Below, piece by piece: positions 1 through 9,207 of a stretch of DNA of 64,000 nucleotides. Within the stretch, counting starts at the first letter, position 1. The number at the start of each line of letters is the position of its first letter. Where the stretch lies: contig CAZRTH010000001.1 of the NCBI GenBank assembly GCA_964602975.1, positions 5,385-69,384 on the forward strand. Direction: 5' to 3'. This DNA is from an uncultured Candidatus Saccharibacteria bacterium (GTDB taxonomy: Bacteria; Patescibacteriota; Minisyncoccia; Phycocordibacterales; JBBTRF01). The notes below the pieces were generated by a model that worked only from the letters and a program-made list of their open reading frames with translations, searched no databases and was not told the origin of the DNA. Position numbers and translations under genes: made by a program.

Positions 1-185
1 TCGAGGAGTATATAAATATACGCGTTGCTATTTTTTGCATGAGTTCATTGTATCAAACGAGACTGGGAAAACAAAATGGTGTCGTTCCCGTAAACCCTCT
101 ACGCCAGTTTTGACAAAAAATAGAAATGACGTACCATGCGAATTAGTCGTAAAGGCACAAAGAAACAACAACATGGAGGTTCTAG

Positions 186-1238
186 ATGAATGACAAAGAA
201 ATACGTCTTCTCAGGCAGCGGGAGCAGGCATCATCAAACTTGGCTCGTAAGGCATTGGATAACGGTGATGCGGCTACAGCATTGTCCTTGATCAAGTGCG
301 CAACACAATTCTGGCCGCAAAACTTGGTCATCTTTATGAGCGTTATCGGATTCCACCAACATGATCGGATCCTGGTTACGCAGGCATATGCACTCTTTGG
401 GAAACAGCTCGAATTTTGCACAAAACCAAGCGCGCTTCCTCAAGTCGCTCTGTGGGCGAGAAACCCCTCGAGGAAAAAATCCATTCCCGATCAGTTGAGG
501 GATGCGATCGATCGGCGACGCCGAGAATTGGAGCCAACCTGGGACGGTGTTTGGTTTGACGGAGGGACCGCTCCAAGTAATCAAAGCTTGGCCAATCTAA
601 GAAAGCACCCCAACGATATCCATATCGCAAGCGACTGTCTGGTAATTGCCAATCAAGTGGCCGATTGGGGCCCTTGGGTGAATCGCTACTGCTCGCTTGG
701 TGGGAGTCTTCAGAATCCAGCATATCTGAAGCTGTTGGTGGCGAAAGCGGTGACTGCAAGCACGAGCCCCACGCCACGCATCAAGGGGTTACTGAAGAAG
801 TTTACTGCCCTTGGCGATGTTTCAGAGGTAAGGAGGTTTCTGAGGAGTATAACTCCCGCTCGTTCGGGTGCGAAAGGAATCAATCCAAATCTGGAACTTG
901 CGCGACATGCGCTGTATCTGTATGGCGAATGTGAGCGTCTGCAGCATACCGTTGAGGACTGGGTGCATATTGCCAGGAGCGCATTGTATCTTGAGGAAAC
1001 CGCATCTGCGCGAATCGCTCAACGCATACTTGCAGGTGTCCAAAAGAGTCCCGATGTAGAGAAGGTTCTCCAGCAGCTTACTCTGATGAACGGACCGATC
1101 CTGGTGACCCAATCCCCGCGTGACGATGTTGGGATTCGGAACAACCCAATTTGGGAGAGTCTTTGCAGTCGTATTCCTGTGAACGCGGACGCTGGGAAGA
1201 TCTTCTCCGCATACTCACGGAGTAAAATCAGCAGTTAA
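186..1238 (+). CDS. hypothetical protein (350 aa), no recognisable domain
   Basis: Long ORF with coherent protein-like composition, followed by a rho-independent terminator; no motif recognised. Confidence 0.5.
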   Translation: MNDKEIRLLRQREQASSNLARKALDNGDAATALSLIKCATQFWPQNLVIFMSVIGFHQHDRILVTQAYALFGKQLEFCTKPSALPQVALWARNPSRKKSIPDQLRDAIDRRRRELEPTWDGVWFDGGTAPSNQSLANLRKHPNDIHIASDCLVIANQVADWGPWVNRYCSLGGSLQNPAYLKLLVAKAVTASTSPTPRIKGLLKKFTALGDVSEVRRFLRSITPARSGAKGINPNLELARHALYLYGECERLQHTVEDWVHIARSALYLEETASARIAQRILAGVQKSPDVEKVLQQLTLMNGPILVTQSPRDDVGIRNNPIWESLCSRIPVNADAGKIFSAYSRSKISS

Positions 1239-1252
1239 ATGTTCTGTTCACC

Positions 1253-1276
1253 ACTGACCCGGGCCGAGGCTCGGGT
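1253..1276 (+). terminator. rho-independent terminator
   Basis: GC stem cccgggcc/ggctcggg followed by TTTTTT, immediately after the stop of ORF 186..1238. Confidence 0.6.
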
Positions 1277-1438
1277 TTTTTACTATAATTTTGCTCGCCT
1301 GGCAGTCCACGTTTCGAACCTTGGACTGGCCGGCGGCTTTGGGAGATGCGGAGGTGGCGAGTGGGGAGCTTAGGGGCTTGTTGAGCCTATGTGTATCAGC
1401 CTAGACGTTCACAATGTGCACATGTTCATGCTGACCTG

Positions 1439-2434
1439 CTAATTTTCTAAGAGGTGTTTAGTTTGAATGAGGTATGTCTGAAGATTTTGGATCATGTTCG
1501 TTTTTCCAATCTTGTGCCAGTGGGCAATTTTAACATAGCTATTTAGAAGTACTGATGCCTGCAGCGCTCGCTCAGTATGCGGCTGACCATTAAAGTATCC
1601 ATTTTTCAATTGCTCAGCCGCTTCTGTGATTTTTCCATGAGCTACGGCAATCACGATACTTCGGCCTAAGTCGATATAGCCGTCATTTAGAGAGGGGGTA
1701 GGATCAAACACGGTTATTGGCTCTGTGTCGAGTATATTGTAGGCAGAGAAGTCATTGTGACAGTAGCTACTCTCAGCATTTTCTCCAACATGGGCAAGTA
1801 GTGCCTCAAAGGCTTCCTCGGTTGAACCGTGTTCATTTCCAAGGAGCCCATATTTTTGCGCGTATGCGATTCGTTCTCGATATGGCCCATTCTCGAGCCA
1901 ATCCTTGAACTCAGCGTATTGGGGTACATCCTCGACAATGCGTCCGAAGCCAGTTGCTTTAGCTATGTGCATTTTCTGTAGTGTTCGGCCCATGTCGATA
2001 AAGGTGCCCTTCTCTACCATCTGTTCGTAGGTATTATTTTCCCTCAACGTTTTTGCGTCGACATGATTCATCAGTATGTACGGTCTGTCGCTCAAAGTGC
2101 CGGCCTCAATCACGTGCGGTACTGCCACACCTTGTGTCTCCCAAGCCTTAAGAAACTCAGCTTCTTTTTCTTGGTGTGTTCCTAGTGGGATTTTTAAAAC
2201 CAACTTTTCATTCGGGGTTTCTATGAATGAGACGAGAGATGAGACGCCGTTTTCAGAAAATGTGACGCTAACCTCCTGGCCAGCAAACCGTTCGCTCGCT
2301 GAAATATACTCTGCGATTTTAGAGACTAGGGCTGTCCGCAGCTCATTCGCTGCACGATCGATCTCGTGTTCTGAGAGTTTGGGTTGGTTACGTAGCGTTA
2401 TGCTTGGTGGCTGTTTGGCTGATTCAGGATACAT
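1439..2434 (-). CDS. aminoglycoside/choline-kinase-like phosphotransferase (APH family)
   Basis: 331-aa ORF; catalytic-loop-like CHNDFSAYNIL (cf. APH HGDxxxxN) and D-x-G (IDLGRS) typical of kinase-fold phosphotransferases. Confidence 0.6.
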   Translation of the reverse strand: MYPESAKQPPSITLRNQPKLSEHEIDRAANELRTALVSKIAEYISASERFAGQEVSVTFSENGVSSLVSFIETPNEKLVLKIPLGTHQEKEAEFLKAWETQGVAVPHVIEAGTLSDRPYILMNHVDAKTLRENNTYEQMVEKGTFIDMGRTLQKMHIAKATGFGRIVEDVPQYAEFKDWLENGPYRERIAYAQKYGLLGNEHGSTEEAFEALLAHVGENAESSYCHNDFSAYNILDTEPITVFDPTPSLNDGYIDLGRSIVIAVAHGKITEAAEQLKNGYFNGQPHTERALQASVLLNSYVKIAHWHKIGKTNMIQNLQTYLIQTKHLLEN

Positions 2435-2465
2435 GTCATGAGTATACCAAAAAAGTCTTTAACTA

Positions 2466-2485
2466 TGCTCCGGGAGTTGGGATCG
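2466..2485. repeat. 20-bp direct repeat of tRNA-Asn 3' end (tgctccgggagttgggatcg); second copy at 2639..2658
   Basis: Perfect 20/20 identity with the T-loop/acceptor 3' end of the tRNA, 153 bp downstream of the tRNA 3' end. Confidence 0.8.
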
Positions 2486-2601
2486 GTCACGGATAATTTC
2501 TTCGCCGCCGCTCAGAAATTTCCGCGACCCCGGCTCGCGGTTCGGCCTACTGGCCTCACATTCGCTCCGCCTTTCTCACCCTTACTCACCGGTAGGCAAA
2601 A

Positions 2602-2631
2602 CAAAAAGACGCCACTTTATGGCATCTTTTT
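2602..2631 (-). terminator. rho-independent terminator downstream of tRNA-Asn
   Basis: Minus-strand reading: AAAAAGAUGCCA-UAAAG-UGGCGUCUUUUU followed by GUUUU. Confidence 0.6.
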
Positions 2632-2678
2632 GTTTCGCTGCTCCGGGAGTTGGGATCGAACCAACGACCAATCGCTTA

Positions 2679-3268
2679 CGTTGAATCCATCATTACTGAT
2701 GGCACGGACTATATCATCTCCATGTTTGTCTCGGTCGAGACAAGGTTAGGAGCGAGGGGCTTCGTGGGCACTGGCACCTGCTTCATGCCGACTACTCTTT
2801 AAAAAGATAGTCTCTACACCTTCCGAATGTCGACGCTTCTCAGCATGTTCATTCGGCTCGGCTCGGGGTTGTCCTACTTAGACTGCGTAGGATTTCTCCG
2901 AATTCACCTCGTTTTTCATCCTTGCTTTCGCAGGGAAGCTGCATAATACCCGCTCCGACTTCTCTGTGGCAATTTGCACAAAGGAGTACGCATTTGTCCA
3001 ACTCTGCTCGTACTTTCTCCCAAGACCTTGTATATCCCTTGTCACCTATGCCAAAACTTTTTTGAGTTTTGTCCACGTGATGAAGTTCAAGGGCACCTTG
3101 GTATCGATCGTAGCTACAGATCTGGCATTTGCCTCCTTTATACTCAATGGCCATTGCTTTAACCTTCCGTCGCCTTTTGGCTACGGCTTTGATCAAAGCT
3201 TCTCGTCGGTCGGCGTATTTTCTTCTATCTGAAGACATAATGGAATTATATCAAGAAAGAAGACCGTC
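2679..3268 (-). other. group I self-splicing intron (590 nt) in the anticodon loop of tRNA-Asn
   Basis: 5' splice site follows U (cctgt|agac) and the intron ends in G (caacg|taa). R-like GUGUAGAGACUAUC and S-like GAUAUAGUCC (P7 strands) are present. P-like GAAUUCGGAGAAA and Q-like AAAUCCUACGCAG sit upstream of R. An internal HNH ORF is present. Confidence 0.75.
2849..3238 (-). CDS. HNH homing endonuclease (intron-encoded)
   Basis: 129 aa; CQIC...ELHHVDK...N...LLCANCHREV = CxxC / HH / N / CxxCH HNH motif; lies wholly inside the intron. Confidence 0.75.
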   Translation of the reverse strand: MSSDRRKYADRREALIKAVAKRRRKVKAMAIEYKGGKCQICSYDRYQGALELHHVDKTQKSFGIGDKGYTRSWEKVRAELDKCVLLCANCHREVGAGIMQLPCESKDEKRGEFGEILRSLSRTTPSRAE

Positions 3269-3388
3269 TACAGGCGATTGCTCTACCGCTGAGCTATCCC
3301 GGAATATGTGTGCGTCTGCGGGCTATCTTACCAGAAACACCAAAAAAGTGAAGCCTACGAGCGGTGCCGCCCATGCTACACTTTCCTC

Positions 3389-3622
3389 ATGTATATCAAG
3401 GTCCGCGTGAGGGCAGGTGCCAAGGAGGAATCGTTCGATAAGGTCTCAACGGATCACTTCAAGGTTGCCGTACGAGAGCCGGCCGAGCGCAATCTAGCGA
3501 ATGGCCGCATCATCGAGCTTGTCGCGCGGCATTTCAAAGTACCGACAGGGAAAGTGCGTATCGTGAGCGGACACCACTCGCCGTCGAAGATTTTGAGTGT
3601 CGATGTTCCCGATGCGGTGTAA
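3389..3622 (+). CDS. DUF167/YggU-family protein
   Basis: MYIKVRVRAGAKEESF...DHFKVAVREPAERNLANGRIIELVARHFKVPTGKVRIVSGHHS matches the YggU/UPF0235 pattern. Start moved to the ATG at 3389 so it does not overlap the tRNA exon. Confidence 0.6.
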   Translation: MYIKVRVRAGAKEESFDKVSTDHFKVAVREPAERNLANGRIIELVARHFKVPTGKVRIVSGHHSPSKILSVDVPDAV

Positions 3623-3766
3623 AAATTTGGATGTCTGACCGTCACCCTTCCACGTTGAACCCGTGTTGAGCGAAGCGATCGAATTTGGTAAAATAGGGGA
3701 GTAAGAGGCAGCGTCGGTCGCAGTACCTGTCATCACGGCAAGTCATATCCACTAACTAACACCCAT

Positions 3767-4147
3767 ATGCGTATCACGACAAAAGCGACGAACACAAGCC
3801 TAACTCCTGCGATCTCGGAGTATGTACAGAAGAAGATCGGTAATGTTGAAAAGTTGATCGACGGGAATCTTCGCGAAGCGGCTCGAGCTGACGTGGAGAT
3901 CGAGCTCACCACGCACCACCACAAAGCGGGTGATGCACTCTTTCGGGCAGAGGTCAGCCTCCATGCCGGTGATCTACATTTGCGAGCCGAGGAATTTCAT
4001 TCCGACCTGTACGCAGCGCTGGATCTCGTGAAGGACGAGCTCACTCAAGCGATCATTTCGAAGAAAGACAAGCGCCTCAGCTTGTTGCGCCGTGGTGGTC
4101 AAAAGGTGAAGGACATGATCAAAGGGTTTCCGTGGAAGCGCGGTTAG
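3767..4147 (+). CDS. hpf: ribosome hibernation promoting factor / RaiA family
   Basis: 126 aa; N-terminal MRITTKATNTSLTPAISEYVQKKI..., size and charge pattern of the sigma-54 modulation/HPF family. Confidence 0.75.
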   Translation: MRITTKATNTSLTPAISEYVQKKIGNVEKLIDGNLREAARADVEIELTTHHHKAGDALFRAEVSLHAGDLHLRAEEFHSDLYAALDLVKDELTQAIISKKDKRLSLLRRGGQKVKDMIKGFPWKRG

Positions 4148-5000
4148 TGTTCGCTAGAAAAGCGCTGTAGGGGATCTCCTTCTTTCCCTCAGGGATCACT
4201 TTCTTGATCTCGAGTCTGTCGCTCTCGAACGACGCGTCCGATATGATGACGCGCTCGCCGATGCTACTAATGAAATATGCTCCCGGCCAACCGGCAAAGG
4301 CTTGGATCTTTCGGAAGTTTTCATAGGCGTCAGCCGATAGGTCGATCAGTCCGTCTGTTTTGACGATCTTCTTGGTGTAGGTGGCCAGGTGGTGTTCTTG
4401 AGGTATCGCCTCGATCTTTCGGTCGATCCATTGCGGGATCAAACGAGCGAGAAGAGCGCCGCCTTTTGTAGCAAGCGTTCGTTCGAGTTCGTCTGCCTTT
4501 GGCCAGTCCTTCACTGTGTATGCTTCTTTTTCGATCACCGGCCCGTGATCCATTTGTTCATCGAGCAGCATGATAGATACGCCGGTGTGTTTGTCATCAT
4601 TGAGAATTGCCGATTGGATAGGTGAAGCGCCTCGAAACTTTGGCAACAGAGAAGGGTGTACATTGAGCGTTCGGTGCAGCGGCAGGTCGATGTATTCTTT
4701 TGGGATGATCTTGCCATATGCCGCCACGATGAATAAGTCCCAGCGCTCTTTGCGAAGCTCTTGAAGCAAATGTGCGTCTTTCAATGTCTCTGGCTGGAGG
4801 ACTCGGATACCGCGCGTGCTCGCCCATGTCTTGACCGGCGGTGGAGTGAGGAGGAGTTTTCGGCCCTTTGGCTTGTCTGGGTTGGTGATAATGAGAGAAG
4901 GGACGAGACCGGCTTTTTCAAGTTCGTCTAAAATAGAAACGGCGAAATCAGGGGTGCCAAAAAAAGCGATGTGCAGACGTGGGTCAGTGTGCGTGCTCAT
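4119..5000 (-). CDS. fmt: methionyl-tRNA formyltransferase
   Basis: IAFFGTPDFAV...SLIITNPDKPKGR... formyltransferase N-domain; located downstream of def. Confidence 0.9.
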   Translation of the reverse strand: MSTHTDPRLHIAFFGTPDFAVSILDELEKAGLVPSLIITNPDKPKGRKLLLTPPPVKTWASTRGIRVLQPETLKDAHLLQELRKERWDLFIVAAYGKIIPKEYIDLPLHRTLNVHPSLLPKFRGASPIQSAILNDDKHTGVSIMLLDEQMDHGPVIEKEAYTVKDWPKADELERTLATKGGALLARLIPQWIDRKIEAIPQEHHLATYTKKIVKTDGLIDLSADAYENFRKIQAFAGWPGAYFISSIGERVIISDASFESDRLEIKKVIPEGKKEIPYSAFLANTNRASTETL

Positions 5001-5571
5001 TGGAGGGTCGGGGCAGAGGCATTTCTTTTATATCTTTTGCTTTGTCTATGAAAAGTACGCCGTTGAGGTGATCGACCTCATGTTGGAAGATCTGGGCGAG
5101 GAGACCACTGGCGCCGCGCTCAAAGGCTTTGCCATTCGCGTCGAAGGCGCGAATAGTGGCCTTTGAAGCGCGGCGCACCTTTCCAAACAACGGCCGAACG
5201 CTCAAGCAACCCTCTTCCATGGATTTTTTGTCTTTTGAGGTGGCGACGATCTCTGGATTGATATATACCAATTCTCGTGAAGCGCGTTCACCGGTGGTTC
5301 CATTCTGATCTTCATTCTGATCTGCTTTTGCAACTTTCGCATCTGGACTATTTTCCGCGGAAAAGACGATTTCCGAAATGATAAACACACGAAGCGGCAC
5401 ACCGATCTGAGGCGCGGCCAATCCGACCCCGTCCGATTCCTTTGCGAGAGCCTCACGCATGTCTTTTAGTAGTGCTGTAATACGGGCGCTGCCGATATCT
5501 TTTATGGGCACCGGTTTCGCCACCTGTCGGAGCACAGGCGCGTCTTTCTGCAGAATGTCCTTCATGGCCAC
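4984..5571 (-). CDS. def: peptide deformylase (with low-complexity insertion)
   Basis: GVGLAAPQIG, EGCLSV, QHEVDHLNG motifs; about 30-aa acidic insertion. Confidence 0.9.
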   Translation of the reverse strand: MAMKDILQKDAPVLRQVAKPVPIKDIGSARITALLKDMREALAKESDGVGLAAPQIGVPLRVFIISEIVFSAENSPDAKVAKADQNEDQNGTTGERASRELVYINPEIVATSKDKKSMEEGCLSVRPLFGKVRRASKATIRAFDANGKAFERGASGLLAQIFQHEVDHLNGVLFIDKAKDIKEMPLPRPSNEHAH

Positions 5572-5592
5572 ATACTAGCCGATTTTGTCAAA

Positions 5593-5625
5593 AAAAACCA
5601 GCAGGCCGGGAGGGCACTGCTGGAG
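5593..5625 (-). terminator. rho-independent terminator (downstream of priA)
   Basis: Minus-strand CCAGCAG-UGCCCUCCCGGC-CUGCUGG followed by UUUUUUUUU; a second 10-bp stem lies at 5700..5738. Confidence 0.6.
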
Positions 5626-5863
5626 GGGGTTCGATTTCAGGTTCAAGAAAGCTGACGGACGGGAGTAGACAAGGTCCTTAACCCCGTCCGTCATTCGCTC
5701 AGGCAGTGGGGTGCCCGAGTTACTGATTTTCGATGTTCGCGGGCCGTAGTGTTGGCGGCCGGTCAAAACCATCCAACGCTCTACGGAGAGCACCGAGGCC
5801 GAAGTAAGCATAGCACCAAGCAATACTGCTGTCAAGCCTCTGTCGAGGGAGTTTTCCCCATTA

Positions 5864-7762
5864 TCATAGCAAGCTGTCCGGATCGATCTTTATAGTCCAT
5901 CGTGGCGAAAGACCTTGAAAACGAGCCGTCATCTCGGGGTTCGGCCATTTATGTTTCGGAATTTTGATAAGCGCATGCAGGATTGAGGTGCCATTTTTGC
6001 CCTTCACAAAAGAAGGAAATACGTCCATTTCACAGTCGCCAAACAGTGCCTTCGCCTTGCCCATTTCTGCTACAATTTCATCCTTCTTTCCTTCAATGGA
6101 GAGCTTGATGAGTACATTGAAAGGCGGATAATGAAAAACCCTTCTCAGATCGATCTCGTTGCGATAGAAATCGAGAATGTTGCCTTTCAAGGCATATCCG
6201 AACAACGCTTGCTTTGGATCTCGCGTCTGCAAGAGCAGGGTCTTATGGGTGCAGGAACGGATGTGTAGCAAAATGCTCAACACCTTTTCGCTGATCTTGA
6301 AATCGGGGATCGAAAACAGGGAGTCGATCGACGCAACGGCGCTATTCTGAATGGGAGTGTCGAGATAGAGGAGTGCCATTTCTGTGCCGATCAAAATACT
6401 ACCGGGAGTTTCATAAAATTGGGCGGCGATCTTCGCGCCTTGTTTGTGTGTGGCGACAGAGTCTTTGTTCAGTGAAAAAATGTGCGCATCGGGGACGATC
6501 TTCCGAATCTCTTCCTCAATCTTTTCGGTACCCGCGCCGAGAGTGACCAGCTTCCAGCTATCACAATTAATGCAGCGCTCTTCCGCCGAGCGTCGCTCTC
6601 CGCATTTGTGGCAGAGGAAGAACGGGCCGTTCTTGGATGAGTGCAAAACCACCGGACTTTGACATTCGTTGCACGCCACGATCGTGCCGCAGTCGCCGCA
6701 GATGGTCGTGGGCGAGAGTCCTTTGCGCGCGACGAAGACAAACAGGTGTTCGTTGTTCTTTTGATTTGTCCGGATCAATTCTGCGAATTCGTCACTGATG
6801 ATCTGATATTTTTTTGCGATACCATTGGCCGGCGCTTCGGTCTTGTATCGGCGCAGGTCTGCGATCACTGCTTCGCAAGTGGTGAGAGAACGAAATTTGA
6901 TCGGATACAGCTCTTGGAATTCGCCATTTTGGTGTCGATATACGGTCTCGGTCTGAAGAAAGATATCACCAAATACGATCTTCGCTCGCAGCTGCTTTGC
7001 GAATTGCTCGGCAAAAGTGCGAATATCGAGGAAAGGCCGCTGTTGGATCTTGTACGTTCGAGAACTCTCTTTTTCGACGATGATTGCGCCAATATCTTTT
7101 CGAGGAAGTGAGAGGAATGGTCCCGTGGCGATGATGAGTACTGGGTGATCCGTGGCGAGGAGTCTGCGGCAGCGTTCCAGGATCTCTTTCTTGCTGAGAG
7201 AGCTGTGTAGTACAAACGTATATTCCTCGATGCCTTTCTCGAGACGTTTTACTGTCGCTTGGATATCGTGGAGCGTCGGCAAGCAGAAAAACACGGATCC
7301 CTTGCGAGCGAATGTTTCGCGTATCAGGCTTTTGTAATGGCCGAAGCGTTCTTCCTCATCGGTCTGTACAATGTATGCTTCATGTAATGGCGATTGTCGC
7401 CGATCCGAATGTCTGATGACCAGCGAGTCGGCTCCCTCAAGCAGGGCTTTCGGGATCATGGAATTGAGAACGGCTCCGGTAGTGGCGGCGAAATGCGCGC
7501 CGGCGCGTTTGGCGGTCTCGATGAATTCCGGCAAAAGGAAGGGCGCACCGGCGGCCGACAGCTTCTTCAATTCAAATGACGCCGACTTTATCTCCGACTT
7601 TAGATCCTCGGCTTTTTCGCAAGAGACGACAAGGCCGGCCACCGTGCGTTTGTTGATCGGCACTTGTACCACCGAACCCGGAGCGATCGGTTCGATGCTG
7701 AAATATGAGAGTGTCTCTCGTCCAAGGCCTTTGGAGAAGGGGATAACATGAAGTACCTGCAC
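5864..7762 (-). CDS. priA: primosomal protein N' (PriA helicase)
   Basis: 632 aa; Cys-cluster zinc-binding region CGDCGTIVACNECQSPV...CHKCG...CINC; DEAD/helicase layout. Confidence 0.85.
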   Translation of the reverse strand: MQVLHVIPFSKGLGRETLSYFSIEPIAPGSVVQVPINKRTVAGLVVSCEKAEDLKSEIKSASFELKKLSAAGAPFLLPEFIETAKRAGAHFAATTGAVLNSMIPKALLEGADSLVIRHSDRRQSPLHEAYIVQTDEEERFGHYKSLIRETFARKGSVFFCLPTLHDIQATVKRLEKGIEEYTFVLHSSLSKKEILERCRRLLATDHPVLIIATGPFLSLPRKDIGAIIVEKESSRTYKIQQRPFLDIRTFAEQFAKQLRAKIVFGDIFLQTETVYRHQNGEFQELYPIKFRSLTTCEAVIADLRRYKTEAPANGIAKKYQIISDEFAELIRTNQKNNEHLFVFVARKGLSPTTICGDCGTIVACNECQSPVVLHSSKNGPFFLCHKCGERRSAEERCINCDSWKLVTLGAGTEKIEEEIRKIVPDAHIFSLNKDSVATHKQGAKIAAQFYETPGSILIGTEMALLYLDTPIQNSAVASIDSLFSIPDFKISEKVLSILLHIRSCTHKTLLLQTRDPKQALFGYALKGNILDFYRNEIDLRRVFHYPPFNVLIKLSIEGKKDEIVAEMGKAKALFGDCEMDVFPSFVKGKNGTSILHALIKIPKHKWPNPEMTARFQGLSPRWTIKIDPDSLL

Positions 7763-7841
7763 GTTCCTATAGTATCTTTTGCGTCGGCAAAAAGGAAGTT
7801 CTCCGCTTCACAAGAGCGGGATTAGGCCGTACAATCGGGAA

Positions 7842-9197
7842 ATGCACTCAGATCGATTTATTGTGGAGGGTTTGGCGGGGAAGAAAACGCTGCGCGGCCG
7901 TGTTCAGATCAACGGAGCAAAAAACGCTGTGCTCAAGGCAATGGCCGCAAGCGTACTTTTTTCCGATGAGGTTCTCATCGCCAACGCGCCAGATACCGAA
8001 GATGTGAAGAAATTGGCCCATCTCATGCGGCTTGCCGGCGCGGAAGTGTCGCTCGATAGTGCGAAAAAGGAGATTCGAATCAATGCCTCTAGTATTGTGT
8101 CGACTGATCTCGATCATGAGACTACAAAATCAATGCGCGGCTCCGTCATGCTCACGGGGCCGATCTTGGCTCGCTTCGGCAAAGTGTCTTTCAATGTACC
8201 TGGCGGTTGTGTTATCGGCGCTCGACCGATCGACCTCTATATTGATGCGTACAAAAAACTCGGCGCGAAGGTGAACATTCAGGGTGATCATCATGCGATC
8301 GAGATAGAAGAAAACGGAAAGTCAGGAAGCAAACTTGTCGGCGCGGAAGTTTTCTTCGCGCTTCAGACAGTCGGCGGTACCGAGACGATGATGATGGCAG
8401 CTGTGCTCGCCAAAGGCACGACGGTGTTGAAGAATTGCGCGATGGAGCCGGAGATCGTCAGCCTCGCAGAATTTTTGGTTCAGTGCGGGGCGAAGATCGA
8501 GGGTATTGGCACCCCGACAATGACGATCGTCGGAGGGGGTTTGCTAAAGGCGAATGGCAAGGCGTATCGCACTATTCCGGATCGTATTGAAGCGGGGAGT
8601 TTTCTGCTGTTGGGCGCACTGTGTGCCGACGATCTGCTCATCGAGCACTGCAATCCATCTCATCTCGAATCGGTTACTTCCGTTTTGAAAGATGCCGGAG
8701 TAGCTCTCGAGATCGGCAAAGATTCAATTCATATCAAAGAGAATGCAAAGACGAAATGGTTGGATGTTCGGAGTTTCAATGTTCGTACGCACGAGTACCC
8801 GGGATTTCCGACCGATCTTCAGCCGCAGATGGTGGCTTTTCTTGCACACACTGCCGGCGAGGGGATCATGTTCGAGACGATTTACGAAGGCCGATTTAAA
8901 TACGTCCAGGATCTGATCCGAATGGGAGCGCAGATCACCGAAATGAATCCGCGCGAGGTGTTGATTCGAGGGTTTGGCGACGAAAAAGTGGGAGATGGAA
9001 CCAAAACGCTGATTGCGCTTGGCGAGGATGAACCGTTGCAGGCACACGATATTCGCGCAGGCTTTGCGATCGTGATGGCGGCTTTGGCTGCGAAAGGCAC
9101 CTCGGTGATCCAGAACACTTACTACATCGATCGTGGATATGAAAAGCTCGAAGAGCGCCTCGCTTCGCTCGGCGCCATAATTCGACGGAATAAGTAA
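7842..9197 (+). CDS. murA: UDP-N-acetylglucosamine 1-carboxyvinyltransferase
   Basis: MHSDRFIVEGLAGKKTLRGRVQINGAKNAVL... typical MurA N-terminus; EPSP-synthase-fold length. Start chosen at the internal Met. Confidence 0.9.
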   Translation: MHSDRFIVEGLAGKKTLRGRVQINGAKNAVLKAMAASVLFSDEVLIANAPDTEDVKKLAHLMRLAGAEVSLDSAKKEIRINASSIVSTDLDHETTKSMRGSVMLTGPILARFGKVSFNVPGGCVIGARPIDLYIDAYKKLGAKVNIQGDHHAIEIEENGKSGSKLVGAEVFFALQTVGGTETMMMAAVLAKGTTVLKNCAMEPEIVSLAEFLVQCGAKIEGIGTPTMTIVGGGLLKANGKAYRTIPDRIEAGSFLLLGALCADDLLIEHCNPSHLESVTSVLKDAGVALEIGKDSIHIKENAKTKWLDVRSFNVRTHEYPGFPTDLQPQMVAFLAHTAGEGIMFETIYEGRFKYVQDLIRMGAQITEMNPREVLIRGFGDEKVGDGTKTLIALGEDEPLQAHDIRAGFAIVMAALAAKGTSVIQNTYYIDRGYEKLEERLASLGAIIRRNK

Positions 9198-9207
9198 CAA
9201 CAAAAAC

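Larger units (their letters stand above)
2641..3302 (-). tRNA. tRNA-Asn(GUU), interrupted: 5' exon 3302..3269, 3' exon 2678..2641, intron 3268..2679
   Basis: Joined exons give a 72-nt cloverleaf. Acceptor TCCGGGA/TCCCGGA is perfectly complementary. D arm GCTC-AGCGGTA-GAGC. Anticodon stem ATCGC/GCGAT with loop CUGUUAA. Variable loop TGGTC. T arm GTTGG-TTCGATC-CCAAC. Discriminator G; CCA not encoded. Close to known bacterial tRNA-Asn sequences. Confidence 0.8.

Noticed and set aside
2438-2749. 103-aa plus-strand ORF
   Set aside because: Overlaps the tRNA-Asn 3' exon, its terminator and the intron 3' core. Low-complexity translation; explained by RNA features.
5590-5640. SRP (4.5S) RNA helix-8-like motif CCAGCAGGCCGGGAGGGCACUGCUGG
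   Set aside because: Flanking sequence cannot form the long SRP helix. The hairpin plus U-run is better explained as a minus-strand terminator.
5575-5835. 86-aa minus-strand ORF between priA and def
   Set aside because: Contains the priA rho-independent terminator (5593..5625) and a second strong hairpin inside its reading frame. More likely non-coding.
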